This document shows, in pieces, positions 44,601 to 58,033 of a DNA stretch of 64,000 bases; position 1 is the stretch's first letter; the number at the start of each line of letters is the position of its first letter. Under the pieces are notes generated by a model that was not told the DNA's origin, did not search any database, and saw only the letters and a list, made by a program, of their open reading frames with translations. Source of the DNA: Camelus ferus (lineage: Eukaryota); the NCBI RefSeq assembly GCF_009834535.1, contig NC_045698.1:12402001-12466000 (forward strand), given 5' to 3'. The translations under genes were made by a program, and so were the position numbers.

Positions 44601-47600
44601 CCCGCCTCCTTCTGACCCTGTTCATGACTAATTCTCCATACTTCCTGCTCATACTCAGGCCCCTGGTATATTTATTCACAAGGTTATAATATAATGAATC
44701 AGTTCTTTAAGTAAATATTTTTCTTCATGAGAATTAATAACCCTAAGTAGAGTTTGAAAAATTCCCTAAGCTGCTTTTCTCCCAACCCCAGCAAACTCTT
44801 GATCCAATAAGAAAATAAATCCCAAGAACATGACAAACTACGAACTATTGCAAAGAAATCAGACACCTTTTGTGAAAAAATGAAGTAGGTGAAAAGGTAA
44901 AAACACTTGAATTTCTAGTAGACTTTCTGTCATCTTTGGCAAACACTTTCACTTTCCTGGGCCTATTAAAGAATCTCTCAAAATAAAAATGGACGTTTCT
45001 CTTGCAAAGTGGAGCCCCCCCTAGGAAGAAATAATGATTATTTTCTCCATTTAAATACCTTTTAGGGAAATGTTGCGATCCGGCATCGGACTGTCATGTG
45101 CTCCCTCAGGTGACCTTGGGGACGTTCCCATCCTGACTGTCTGTCACTTGAAGGGACCCAAAGGGACCCCTGCTGTTTGCACAGGGATGTGTTCATCTTG
45201 CTGCCCGGCCTCCTCTTCGCTGTGCACAAGCCCTGGCCCCGCTTCCCTCCCCGTCGATTCCAACCCTGGCAACTGCTCTTCAGAGGGTTGGCTAGGCAAC
45301 TATAAGCACAAATGGCCCCGAACAAAAAAGGTCTTGTAGACTTTACGGAAGGAAAGCAAGCAGTCCAGAATGGCGTGATTGATACCCCCGTGGCCCTCTC
45401 TTCCCACCGTGAGAGGCCTTGGCTCGGGGGACAGGGCTGGTGGAGAAAGCCATGCACCAGAGGGCCCCAGCATCCTCACGGCACTCCGTGCAGCTGCAGG
45501 TCTGGCCGACGGGGATCTGATTTTATGCCTGAAGACGTGGCTTACACAGTGTTCAGGGTTCCTGCAGCAGGTGCTTCAATGGCTGGTATTTTTTTTTATT
45601 TCACCATAGACTCAGTAAGCTGAAAGAAATCACATACCACACACGGGAACATGCAAAACAAACATGCTCATCAAATCCCCATGAAAGTCAGGCCAAGCTG
45701 GGAAACAAGCTCCCACCTTTCTCACTTACAGGGACTGAACCTGACTGGGGAACTTGAACGTTCCCTCGGAAATGCCAAACATCAGAATTCTGTTCTTTCT
45801 GGGCTCATCCCTCAAACTGTGTGCCCCTGGGAGTGCCCAGTGGATTTACGTTAGTCATATGCTGACGCTTCAAAAAAAGTCACATCCTGTAGATTCTAGT
45901 GAGACTCAGCTTCATCCTTATCACACACGACTCCTTCGAATCCCATGGGCAAAGAATTTGGCTTGAGGGCTCTGTTTTTCCAGGAAGACCCAATGCTTAT
46001 TGGGCTGTGCCTATTACAAACTGCGTCTTAGGTTGAAGTTAGTAACAGATGAGCTTTAGAAATTACATAGCCAAGGTAACGTAGTGTGCTTGCTTTATTT
46101 CAAACAGCGAGCAACTGGTATATGGCCAAGAGGTCAGGTCACAGGGCCGGGATGGCAGAGGGATGAGGGCCTCAAACCTGGAGCTCGAAGTGCTAGTTGG
46201 GTGTCCTTTGCATAGGCCACAGAGTTTGCTTTTAGGAAATGTGCTTTTTAAACCTGACCTTGCTTCTCCAAAGCAAATCTTGGTCATGTTTCCCGGAGGC
46301 CCATCCGATTGCCTTAACTCCCAGCGCATAAGATGGGGGCAGTGTTGGAAGTGAATCAGCCTCTCTCTGCTCCCCTCCAGGCAAGGCTCAGCCCCGGCCT
46401 CCGTCCCAACCCTCCTCATGCCTTCCTCTCTCTTGGCCTCGGGAGGCAGAACAAGGCCAGACACGGAGAAGGCTGCTGCCACTTTCTCACAGAGAAGGGG
46501 AACCCAGGGGCAGGGACGGCTCATACAGCTCCACCCTAAAAAAAAGATACAGGTGGAGAATATTCATTGATTTGGTTCTCAGTTTTATTTTCTGTTGAAG
46601 AAAAAAAATTTCTTTTCAAGTTAAGAAGAAAATTGTTTTGATGGAAACCTCTTTCAGTTTGGTTCACCAGAAAACCTTGGGGCTGATGATTAGCGAGAAA
46701 GACATACCCTTTATTTCGTGCATGTGCTTTGCAAAACTTTAATAGGTAATGCAACGAGCTCTGTAAATTGACCGATGAATCAATTAATGATGACAACTTC
46801 TGGCTTAGTGGGGTATCGAGTTTTCACTCTATGAGCTGTCATCAGTAGTCAAATAACAGAGGAATGGGACCTAAACTTTAGGAGCGGCATATCTGAGGTG
46901 AAGGCAGCCTTAGGCAGGGTTGAGGATGAGCCGGTCAAATCCTGAAAGCAAGAACATGCTTCAAAGTCTACAAATCCCTTAAAATCAGCTTCCTCTTCCA
47001 GTGTTCTAGAAACCTGGACTCTAAACCCTCTTCTAAAACTTTGGGCTCCATCCCAGGAGCAATATGAGCCCTTCTTCCCAAACACGTCCTTTACCATCAA
47101 ATGGACTGAAATCTATAAACAGGGGTTGGCATGGGCGTGGGGGGTTTACTTAGGGAAATCCATTTTCAAGCAGGACAGAATTATCTTAAATAATGAATAA
47201 GAGGCCACTGGTGGCAGAAGGCTTATTGAACCACGGCAGTGTACTGAGCTCGATATGTTAATAATAAAACGAACAAAAATAAAGACGGTGCTTGGCTCTG
47301 CTTCATTCACCAACTGGGAAATGAAATCATGAACGTGCTTTCTAAGTGGCTGGCTAGCTTCCATCAGGTAGAATGCCAAGTTTAAAAATAGGAAACCAAG
47401 CTTTGAAGTATATTATCACAGAGGTTCTTCAGTAAATTCCATGTTTTTCAAAACTGTAGAGTCACTCAAGTCTTGGTATTTGGACGGGGCGCTGGGTTTT
47501 CAACTCTTTTTTCCCCCTTGTGAGAAGTTTGTAAATTCCAAATGAAAGACATGGTTTTCACTACCACGAATGAAAGAAGCCCTCTAGTGGTCACAAAGTG

Positions 47601-48194
47601 TACAGGTCAAAAGAAATGCAAACTCTGCCAACTTGTGCAGTTTCAGGGTTTAGTTTTAATGAGACTAATATTTAAGCCTCAAATTTACGAATGTTTTACC
47701 ATTAGGAAAAGGAAAACACAAATTAAAAAGCAATGTTTTAACATACATGATGTAAGAATAGAGCGCCTAAAAAGAAACAGATTAATTGTAATTTGTCTCT
47801 TAACGAAAGCAGAAAAACAATCACGTTGTATAGGTTTCATAACTGTGGGCTTTTAAAATTAGGTGTTGCATCATCCTTTGATGAACAGCAGACAACTTGG
47901 CTCATTCAGGTCGTAAACCATCCTCTGTGGATTTGGAACGCAATAAACTCCTGTAGCTGGAGCACAGGGGTCTGGGATCAGTACTGTTTGAGTTTGCACA
48001 AAACCAGTCATTTCTCTCCTTGTGCCTCTTCGTTGATTTCTGGATTTAAGAAACTGATGCTCAGTGCTTGTCTGCTTTTTCACTGGGCTTCTGTCAAGCC
48101 CGTTCTCCGGGTTGCTACTGGAGCGACTATTGGCAGGGCCCGGCTTTGTCAAGCAGCTCTTGCTTTTCCTAAAGATATTTTCTTTCTGCGTGTA

Positions 48195-48858
48195 CTTTAT
48201 TAAAAAATGAAATAACTCTAGGTTCGTAGGAAGTTGCGAGTAAAATAAACAGAGACATTCCGTGAACGCATCACCTAGCCTCCCCACCCATGGTTACATC
48301 TTACGTAACCACAGTAAACTAGCAAAACCAGGGAACTGACGTTGGTACAATTCATAGAGCTTTATTCAGCTTTACAAACATTCATTTGTGTGTGTGTGTA
48401 TGCATGTGTGTGTATGCAGTTCAGTGCAATTTTACCGCATGTGCATGTGTGTGTAGTTGGAGTACAGAATTGTGCCATTACCAAAAGACTTCCACCCGCA
48501 ACTTCTTTATACCTTTATACCCCACACCCAACTTCTCCACCAATCCCTTCCTTGTGGCAACCATTAACCTGTTCTCTATCTCCATAATTTTGCTATTTTG
48601 AAAATGTCGTGTAAACAGACTCCTACGATCTGTAACTTTTGGAGATGAACTTTTTCACTCGGCCTATTTCCCTTGAGCGCTATCCAAATTGTTGCATGTC
48701 TCAAAAGTTCATTTGTTTCAGTGCTGAGCTGTATCCCATGGTGTGTCTATACCACACTTTGTTTAACCATTCACCCATTGAAGGACTTTTGAGTTATTTC
48801 TGCATTTTGGCTGTTATGAATAGCACTGCTAGGAACATTCTTGTTTAGGGTTTTTGCT
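48195..48858 (-). mobile_element. L1MC/MD-like LINE 3' fragment
   Basis: AGGAAGTTGC...ATGGTTACATCTTAC...CAAAACCAGGGAACTGACGTTGGTACAAT...GGCAACCATTAACCTGTTCTCTATCTC...TTTAACCATTCACCCATTGAAGGAC. Confidence 0.88.
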
Positions 48859-49756
48859 AGATTACAAAATGCTCATAAAAGAAATCAAAGAAAACCTAAT
48901 AGCCCCCTTTTTAAGGAGAACCAACTCAGTCTCTTCAGCTGAAAGTCACATTCATCAATCTAATCCTTAGCCTCTTTGAGGGCTCTTAGAAGCCCTCCTG
49001 GATTCTGAGTTTAAGTTCTTACCCTTTTACTATATGGCAAGATAAAATACCAATTACTGGCGTGGTTTAGATTTCCATATATGGACTGATGACATATAGC
49101 TTTCATCCTTCCCATTGTCCCCGTCCCTAAAATGTACTGTTAGGATCGGTGGTTTTCTAAGAGCTACGTGTGTCATAAATAACATAATCCAGTATGGTAC
49201 CTAACAAACACCTTACTTTTAATTTTCTGTCATGTGACTAGAAAATTGAACATGATCCATGCAGCTCATATGATATGTCTGCTGGATAGTGATGTCCTGT
49301 GAAGAAGTGGAGGCCTGGGGAGGCTAAGGAACTTGCCCCAAGTCCCACTGTAAACACTTTATGTGATGTCCTCCGTTTGTGCTTGTTTTCATTCCAAGAC
49401 TGCTGATGGGCTGTGTGTCAATGTCATGAGTTTGTGTTAAACTTGTGAAGGCAGGAAGAGATCCTTGTGTTCCTCCTGATGGACCGGTCAGAAACTGTCC
49501 AAACCCTTTTGGATGAAGGGGTCCATTTGGGGATGCCATCCATGCTTTCTTTTTGTGTCTCCTGGATGCCACCGCCATGCAGTAGCCTTGAGGAAACTTT
49601 GCCTCCTATGTCCCAGAGGCTACAGATATGTTAAAATGGCCTTCTATCTTCCATGCTTCTCCCAGGTCTTTCATTAGTCCTGAAAGTGGATGCCAGTTCC
49701 TGTGTGTTTAAGCCCATCTCAGAATTTGTGTCGTGTCCTCAACATGTCTGGTTAAT

Positions 49757-49985
49757 ATTGGCTCACATTTATTTAGTAATAATCCCCAATGATGTACTGT
49801 GAATTATACTATTTAGTCCTCATAATAACCAAATGAGGTCCTTACTGGCATGGTTCCATTTCACAGATGAGGAAACTGAGGATTCATGAGATTACATAAA
49901 CTGCCCAAGATGCACAGGCAGAAAGGGCGTACGCCACAATTCTAGTCTTTGCCATCTGACCCTCGAATTCCTGACCCTGACCATG
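49757..49985 (-). mobile_element. MIR SINE
   Basis: ATTTAGTCCTCATAATAACC...CCATTTCACAGATGAGGAAACTGAGG...CTGCCCAAG. Confidence 0.85.
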
Positions 49986-50452
49986 AGTGTGTACCGCTCT
50001 TTCAGTGGGAGACTTGCTCTGAACAGAGGAATAAGTCCTCTATTCACAAGAGGAACTTTATTCAAAGACCAAGTCCTCATATTCTAAAACATCCCTGTAA
50101 AACTCACAAAGCGTAACTGCCTGTGCCTTGTATGACACACCCCACCCCGACACTGTGAGAATCTGTGTTTGATGCCTATGGACTTTCCTTCCCTCAATTC
50201 AGGGTGTATTCTCTTCAGGCGAAGATGCCTGTGCCTGCCCGTACCCTCCCAGAACGATACTGAAGGGTTTTGCTGTGTGACTCCAAAGTCCTAAAGTTTC
50301 TTCAATCTTATCTGAATTTATGAGCTTATTTAAAGTGATTTGTCTGTGCAGAAGGCTGGTGTCCATGGTCCACCGTTCGTGCAAAAGCCTTGGCTATCCT
50401 GCTTATCCTGGGATGGTCAAATCTTCGAGCTGAAGGAGATGATTTTCTGCTG

Positions 50453-50653
50453 CAGGGGTCAGCAAATGTTCTCTGTAAAGCTCCAGACAGCAAATCCTTG
50501 AGACTCTGCAGGTCACACAGCCTTTGTTGCAAATGCTCAGCTCTGCTAACTTGGAATAAAAGCAGCCATGGACAACATGTAGACAAATGGTCTTGGCCGT
50601 GTTCCAATAAAACTTTATTTACAAAAACAGGGGCTGTAGTTTGCCAACCTCGG
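50453..50653. mobile_element. MER58A hAT-Charlie MITE
   Basis: CAGGGGTCAGCAAA..CTGTAAAG...AAAGCAGCCATGGACAA...GTGTTCCAATAAAACTTTATTTACAAAAACAGG..GTAGTTTGCCAACC; near 8-bp TSD TTCTGCTG / TTCTAGTG. Confidence 0.9.
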
Positions 50654-50824
50654 TTCTAGTGAAATGCTCTCCTTTCATAGCTGAGGGAAGGGGTCTGGAA
50701 GGAGCAGCTTGATCGCTATCAGACGCTGGTTTGTTGTAGAAAAGGTCTAGAAGTCAGACCCCCAGGCTATCAGCAGTTTTTCTACTATATTATACTTATT
50801 TCTATTTAATTTCCTTCTCCATCT

Positions 50825-51070
50825 CTTTTTAAAATTGTATAAGTTTAAACATTCAAAAAGAGGTAAAGAATAATGTAAAAAACAGATGCATGTGACCATC
50901 ACCAAGCCTAAGAAAACAAATTACAAATATGATTGAAGCTTTGTGCATCTCCTTCACAAGCCCTACCTCCTAGGTAACCATTACCCTGACTTCGATGCTT
51001 GGCAGGCTCTTGCTAGTCCTCCTCCTCCTGTATATATATCTTAAAACAATGCGAACAATAATTTTAGAGA
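50825..51070 (-). mobile_element. Old L1ME-like 3' fragment
   Basis: AAAGAATAATGTAA...ACCATCACCAAGCCTAAGAAA...TTGAAGCT...AGGTAACCATTACCCTGA. Confidence 0.6.
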
Positions 51071-51264
51071 TACGTTTTTTCCTCCAAGTAACAAAAGGTT
51101 AGAAACCTAAATTACCACTAGCAGAAAAATGGGCAAATTACATTTGGTAAAAGATCCAATTTTTCCCCCCTAAAATTCCAGATTAGAAACGTATTGTTTA
51201 AAAGAGAATTGGCAACAAGATACACATAGAACATTTTGTGAATCTAAGGCAACTTGTAAAGATA

Positions 51265-51435
51265 CGGGGCCAAATTTCCAGCTGAGTGACCTTGGGCAAG
51301 TTACTCACCCTCTCTGTGCCTCAATCTGTAACATTAGAAGGAAGAAGAATGTCCACCTCTTGGGGCTGCAGAGAGGGTTAAGGTATGTCACGTGCCCACA
51401 ACAGTGTCTAGAATACAGTGTTAGCTCTTATTGCC
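51265..51435 (+). mobile_element. MIR SINE
   Basis: AGCTGAGTGACCTTGGGCAAGTTACTCACCCTCTCTGTGCCTCA (MIR core). Confidence 0.85.
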
Positions 51436-52049
51436 TTTAACATCTGTAATTTAAAGTTTCAACTTTTAAGCTTTTATGTTAGGAATGAAGATAATGAAAA
51501 GATAACTGCAGATGTTACTTACTTAGATGGAGCTGCCAATTCTCCAGATGGAGAGCCGGCATACAGTTGGAAATGACTTTGATAAAGCAGGCGTGTTGTT
51601 GAAGGAAATATATGCTGAGGGACAAGAATTTAGTAAATAGCTATGAAAAGAGATAACATTAGTTACAATCCACAGATAGACGCCGAGACGGGAATACAGC
51701 ACTGGGAGTAGCTCAAGAGTGGAAACCAGGGATCCAGCTGCAGGCTTCACCGCGCGGGAGAAGGATCATCTCAGCCAGTTCCAGAACCTCTCCAAGCAGC
51801 ATCCTTCCCTGTGAAATGTGGGTCACGACTGACCTACTGCTCAGGGTCAGGATGAGCAACAAAGGAGGCACCACTGTCACTGTTGCTGTTGGGATTATTA
51901 TGGGAACACGTCTAGTGGCAGAATGGCCCGGATGGGGTGGACTCAGTTTACGAAGTGAGTTTTCTTCAGAAATGATCCAGTTCTGTGAGAGAAAGTCATC
52001 ATGATACTGAGATGCGGGAAGAGAAATGGGAACGGTTTAAGGAATCCTT

Positions 52050-52145
52050 TGTATTTTTTCTTTTTACTGGCAGTGCTGGGGATTGAACCCACATGACCTC
52101 ATGCGTGCTAAGCATGCGCTTTACCACTGAGTGCTGACCCTCCCC
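52050..52145 (-). mobile_element. vic-1-like SINE (short form) with 12-bp TSD
   Basis: GTGCTGGGGATTGAACCCA..ACCTCATGCGTGCTAAGCATGCGCTTTACCACTGAG..CCCTCCCC; TAAGGAATCCTT at 52038-52049 and 52146-52157. Confidence 0.92.
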
Positions 52146-52299
52146 TAAGGAATCCTTCTTTTTTGTCCCATGTTTTTCCTCTAAGTGTTCCACCTTAGTC
52201 CAAACTTCCCTAGAAAACATTTTTTGTTTGTTTCTTCGTTTCTGTTGTTAAAGAAAGGATGTGAAGAAACCAGAGGCACAAAAATGTTGCAAAGGATGA

Positions 52300-52650
52300 C
52301 GATTAGTTTTGTGCTAAAAAGGCTCAGAAGGTTGGGATTGTTTGGCCCGGAGACAAGCAGGCTGAGGGAGGCTTAATGATAATCTTTAGGCACATGGCAG
52401 GTCCTAATGTGGGGAACATGCTCCAGCTTTTCGTCAGTTTCGCAGAGGACAAAATTAGTGGACTTGGACTTGAATTAAAGAGGAGGGATTTCACATCTGT
52501 AACTGTGATCAAAAGTCACAGCGACCAGCGTTTTCAGGGGGCTACAAAGAGAGAATGGGAGTTGGCCTCGAGAGGTTTGAAGGAAAGCAAAAACAAAGGG
52601 ACACCATTAAGATGTGCTTTTGAAGATCTCTTCCAGGCCAGTAGGGCTGC
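52300..52650 (+). mobile_element. L3/CR1 LINE 3' remnant
   Basis: The ORF-track peptide RLRRLGLFGPETSRLRE resembles the CR1 ORF2 C-terminal motif RLRELGLFSLEKRRLRGD. It is followed by CAGAGGACAAAA..TGGACTTGAATT..GGGATTT and a CR1-like end (GAAGATCTCTTCCAG). Confidence 0.7.
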
Positions 52651-53754
52651 TGTTTGAATCTCACCCTAGGCCAAGAATGTAAAAATTAGTATAAGACGTC
52701 AGACCATTTTCTCATTTTCAGCGCAAACTGGTATTTTCTCACCGATAGCTGGGGTGTTTATCAAGTCCATCCGTTCCTGGAGCCCCTTTCTTCGTGCTTC
52801 TGTTCCTCCAGCTCCATCCTACGGTTAAACTTTCGGTTAAATCTGCCCCTGCGTGTTTCCGTCTACTTCTCTTTACTTCTGTTCCATCTCCTGGGACTCA
52901 TCCTCCTGTCTCCTCTCTGAGTCACCTGTCTCCGTCCTCCATTGTCTAAGTTCACCGAGCGGCACGTAATTGTTTTTCATTTTTTTTTAATTTCTGTTTC
53001 TAGAACTCCAGAATCAAGAGACACCTTGACAGCATCTGTAATCATCTACCGTCACAGGCATTTACATTTTGTGCTCCAGACGCCCACATTCCTAAGAAGC
53101 ATTTGTGACATGTATTTCCTATCTATGAAAATGCACAGGGTCAGCCTTTTCATCAAAATATAATTAAAGTTCATTCTCAAATTATAACACTTATGGTACG
53201 GTATGATACACGCAGACGTTTGGAAGGCACTGCCGTGGGTCGCATCTGGCCTTCTGGTTTTTGTACCGCCTTGTGGGCAAAGAATGGCTTTTACGTTTTA
53301 TAAACATTTGAAAAAAATACTAACTAGGAAGCAACACTTACAGTTGTAGCTTCAGTTCTCCTGCTCTTTAAAGTGATGAAACCATGTGGCAAAATAGAGA
53401 AAAAGCATATAAAGGTGTGCAAGGAGGGAAGTCCTGCCTCATGTCTGGCAAGAAATTGATCTGTCCAGAAGTGGAAATTCACATGTAGGAGGATTAAGTG
53501 ATAATTCTCACAATGTGTTCACAGTAAGCGCTCACAATGTGTGCATATGAATTTAATAAAGTGCTTTCCTATGACATATATGCTGTGTGTGCTGTGTGTG
53601 TGACCATATTATAATGCAGGATATATAAACATGTGATTTTTATACTACAGCTTACAATGGACCAGGAGATTTGCATCTCAAGACACAAAGCTATTTTGTT
53701 ACAATCTCCTCTCCCATCCTACACATTAGTACATCATACAACAATCTATTTCCA

Positions 53755-53870
53755 GGACAACACTACTTGAACTCCCATTAGGTACCAGGCACTGTGTTGG
53801 GTGCTGACGATGCAAAGAAAAGTGTAGCCTGGTCCCTGGCCTTAGGAGATGGCAGTGAATGAACTAGTGC
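53755..53870 (-). mobile_element. L2 3' fragment
   Basis: CCAGGCACTGTGTTGGGTGCTG..GATGCAAAGA...GGTCCCTGGCCTTAGGAG. Confidence 0.7.
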
Positions 53871-54027
53871 AAATCGTATCTTCTAAAGCCTTGTTTTCTG
53901 CTATCAAAACTATAGGCATATGACCCAGCAATTCCACGTTTAGGTACATACTCCATGATTCTAATCATGATTCTAAACATTCTAAGTTCTGCTGGTTCTC
54001 CTTGAGTTTAAACTAGCAGTTTGATAG

Positions 54028-54581
54028 TGTGGGGGAGTGTAAAAATGGCCACAAGTTCTGTCCCTCCCCACATCTGTGCCCTTGCTGTATGAACGTGTGT
54101 CCTCCCATCAAGAGAGGAAGTCTGTTTCTCCATCTCTTGAGTCTGAGCTGAACTTGTGGCTTTCTTTGATCAACAGCACGCGGTGGAAATAATCTGTGTC
54201 AGTTCTGATCCTAAGACGCAAGAGGCCTTGCAACTTTTGCTCTCTCTCTCTCTTCCTACGCCAGCCGGAGCTAACCGCCTGCAAGATGAGATGCCACGTG
54301 GAAGACAACCATGGTGCCCCAGTCAAAAACCAGCCAACTGCCAGACATGTGAATGAGGCGAGCGGGGGAGAGCCAGCCTCCAGAGGACCCACCCATCAAC
54401 CTCAAACCAGCAGCTGATCACAGATACATGTGTGACTGTAGTGGAGAACACAGAAGAATCACCCAGCTGAGCCCAGACCAAATTACTGACCCATGTCCTT
54501 GTGAACTAAATAAAGAACTGGGCTTAGATGGCACTCCATTTTGAGATAATTTGCTCTGCAGCAAACGTTTGACTGAAGACA
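54028..54581 (+). mobile_element. MaLR LTR, MLT1G/H-like
   Basis: AAAAATGGCCACAA..TCCTCCCATCAAGAG..TCTGTTTCTCCA..CTTGAGTCTG...AAGAGGCCTTGCA.CTT...ACTGCCAGACATGTGAATGAGG...CCCAGCTGAGCCCAG. Confidence 0.88.
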
Positions 54582-55118
54582 GATCACCATCTTAACCGAT
54601 GTCTCTTTAATTTGCCTAATTCAATTAAACATCTTTTTAATGCAATCACGTGTATACGAGTTATTTGCTTTCTAATTTGAACTTGAAGTCTTTGATTTTT
54701 TTTTTTAAATATTGTAACTCACAAACCTCACGGGTGGGGCAGGCTTTGTTGTTGTTTTCCTGCATTTTTCTTAGGAACCACATTGAGCATCACAAAGGCT
54801 TGTATTTTTCAGGGTCCAAAGCAAAGCAACTACAAAAACAAACCCTTGAAATTTTCCAACCCTTGACGAAACATTGTGACATCTGGTTTCTTGAAGTGTC
54901 TTAATGAAAATCAGCTCTAAAGGCAGAGAAAAGCTCAAAGTCTCAAGAAAGAAGAAATAGACTTTAGCCCATAGCCTCATCTACTACCTGTTCAAACACA
55001 TGACTGCAGGCATGGTTAAGTAATTTAAAATGAAAGGTAATTCTCTCTCATTCAGCTAAAGAGAAATCATTCTAAACATTTTCTGTGTTTTTGGACAGTA
55101 ATTAAAAGGAGTATTTTA

Positions 55119-55286
55119 TTTTATTTTATTTTAAAATTTTTTTTGAATTTTTTTTGGGGGGTGAGAGAGGGAGGTAATTAGGGTTATTTATTTATTTTTA
55201 GCTTTGGAGGAGGTACTGGGGCTTGAGCCAAGGACCTCATATATCCTAAACATGTGCTCTACCACTTGAGCTATCCCCTCCCCTAC
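55119..55286 (-). mobile_element. vic-1-like SINE (long-tail form) with 15-bp TSD
   Basis: GGGAGGTAATTAGG...GGAGGTACTGGGG.TTGA.CC.AGGACCTC...GCTCTACCACTTGAGCTAT.CCCTCCCC; AAAAGGAGTATTTTA at 55104-55118 and 55287-55301. Confidence 0.92.
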
Positions 55287-57853
55287 AAAAGGAGTATTTT
55301 AGGGGATTGGTCCCTATGCCAGAATATGAAAGTTAGAGTCATTTTTCCACCATACAGCAGTAATGTTGGGCATAAGTGCCTCATTTGTTTTATGATATTT
55401 GTAATAAATGGATAAATCGGAAAATCACAATTGCATTTCCCAAATGGCATGGGCAAAAGCCATTATGACTGGCAAGAAATTTGGAGGAGGGGGGAAGTTT
55501 CTTTCAAAAATAAAACCCCAAAACAGAAGACAGCTGTTTTTAAACACGTGAAGTGCAGAAAGATAAATTCCACCCTAACCATTGTTTCACAAAGTGCAAT
55601 AACTTCCCAAGGGTCTGTTGTGACTGTAAATGCTTTTGCCCTCGTTAGGAAACTGTAGTATCTCCTCATAAAGTCTGCTTTTAATTTTCATCAAAACCTG
55701 GAGGCAAAAATGAAAAATATGTAGCCCTCTTCTTTGGAATTTTAAAATGATTTATTTTGGCCAGTGTGGAGAATATTTCCACATGGACAGCGTTACTCTC
55801 CCTGTCATAGAACAACCTGGACTGAGACGTATTTTGAAAAGCCAGCCAAAAAGCCAGTTTCACAAGAAACACATGAGATACTTGTGCCAATCTGTTGCAT
55901 GTTAATGTGAGGACAGCAATTGCTCTGTGTGTGTGTGACCTTTTAATAAATATCCCAGAGCCTCTCATTGAAAAAAACACTCTTTCATGCTGACCCTTTA
56001 ACAAGAGAACTGAGCAAAATCTCACAGCGAATTAGAGAGTCAATAAAGTCATTAAAAATAAACTGTCGGATTATGAGATGCTCTTTTTTCCTCATTTTTG
56101 CTCTTTTGGTAAATGTTATTCTGACCCTTATTTTAAGTTGTCTTACTCTTTTGACCAGATGAGTTATGACTAATGACTTATCACTAAATGTGACCCCCGT
56201 GGAACTCTATGGCTTTATAGATGCCTCTTGAGAATAACAAACATCAATGGAGATAGTTTGTTATACATCCGAGTGGAAATAAAATGAAAATTATTCTCAG
56301 TCTACTTGTGTTTATGTCTTTTTGGCTACTGGCTGCTTGCCAAAAGCCCTTGGTCAGCCTGTGTAAAACACTATTTATTCAAAGTAATGAGCACTCCTTG
56401 TTACCCCAAATTTTAACTTCTCACTGTTTAGAGGCATTAAAATAAGCAGACGATGGAATGCTTGTGATAGATTCTGCATCATGACCTAACGATTGTGCAA
56501 CACACTTCCTCCAGCAAACGTTTTCCCCCCAAGTTCATCACTTAGAGTGACGCCACCCCTCTTTGGGAGAGAGCCCCGGGAGCCCCGAGTCAAGGGCCTC
56601 CTCTCTGACCTATGACCCAGGCACGAAGCAGATCTCTGTGGGAAACTGCTGTGGGTGATGGCATCCTCTATTTCAAGGTTTTGAAAAACAAATAAGGCGA
56701 ATTTAGGATGCAGGCTTCTGCAAAAAGTGAAGTGGGAGGCTGTCAGGGGTGCTGGTATAATTGCTCATTTGGGGAGATTTTTCACAAAGAGTGTCTCTGG
56801 GGTCCTGGGATCCCCACAGCAACTAAAGGACTTCTGTTCTGGCCACAAACAGGGAACACAGGATCCAATGATCCAATACTCTTTTTGGACCTGTCTGTGC
56901 TTCCCCCGTTTTAGTCTATTTTAGGTAGCTGGTTACATGATCATATAAACAGCTACGAAAGCCCCAGAATGAAGTATGCAGTTGCATTCATCTGGGAAAA
57001 CTTTTATTGCATGCCTACCGTGTGGAGGGCTTTGTCCTGGGTCCTGAATGTAAATTGCGGTCTTTGCTGTCCGTACACAGAGCCTGAGTTCCCTTTGGGA
57101 CGGGGCGGGCGTGCACGTACACACAGATGCCAGGGAAATCCCTGCTGGCCTGCGATTCACAAAATCCACACAGAGTTAGGAAGCCCCTGCTGGAGGATGC
57201 AAGTTACAATTTAAGGACGCTCTTGCTGCAAATGTATTCAAACGACGTTCCAGACATTATAACATGAAAGGTACATGAATGTGGGGGACCGCCGTGGAAT
57301 CACTTTTGGGTTCAACTGTCCAGTTGTTCCAATTTATAGGGAGACGTTCTTTAGAACAAGCTAAGCAGGGGTGTAGGGCTGGCTCCTCCTCGAGCTGGTT
57401 GAGACAGAATTATAACCTATTTGGCCTTTTGTTTTCTTCTAGCTATTTCAATCGTCATAGCAGGTGGAAGTGAACTGGGGAAATCAGAGCTTCTTCTGAT
57501 TTAACACTGGTTTCTGACTCTAGCATTCTTCTTTCAGAACTTTGGGTGGGTCACAGATTTCTTAAGCTTCAGTTTATCTGGAGATAGAGCATGGATTTCC
57601 TTCTTAGGTAGACTCCTCAGTATTACAAAACAGGGCAATTCCAGGCCCACTACTGTCTAGTCTAAGGTCTGGACACTTGACTGAGATCAGCTCATACAGA
57701 GGAACTGGCGGTAGAAGCGGGGTCACAGGGATAGAGTAGCAGGTTCCAGCCCTTCTGCCTTCATGGGGGCAACAACCCTTTTTTTCTTGATCCCAAGCTC
57801 CCCAAAGTTACTGACCTTGAGCAATATCCTCCAGGCTGTGTGTAGGGCGTCTT

Positions 57854-57973
57854 TAGGTTGGGGGACGAGCTGTCCTGGTTTTTCCAGGACTGTCCCAGTT
57901 TCAGTCCTGAAAGTTCCATGCATTCCAGGAATGGCCCCCAGTCCTGGGGAAATCAGGAGAGCTAGCCCACTCT
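57854..57973. mobile_element. MER81-like hAT-Blackjack MITE
   Basis: TGTCCTGGTTT.CCAGGACTGTCCCAGTTT.AG..CTGAAAGT.CC...CAGTCCTGGG.AAA. Confidence 0.75.
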
Positions 57974-58033
57974 CAGCTCTAAGAGAAATACTGAGCACAG
58001 AATGGTTCTGTAGTCAAAAAACTTTAGAAACTG

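Noticed and set aside
45070..45560. CpG island or coding exon in a GC-richer patch (similar patches at about 18.4-18.6 and 43.1-43.3 kb)
   Set aside because: CpG density is only modest, the tracts are short, and there is no convincing exon pair or recognisable peptide.
47200..47220. CTCF-like GGCCACTGGTGGCAG
   Set aside because: One base short relative to the CCASYAGRKGGC core spacing; not supportable.
53505..53985. Small imperfect duplications (CTCACAATGTGT x2 near 53510-53545; CATGATTCTAA x2 near 53955-53977)
   Set aside because: Ordinary slippage products with no sign of function.
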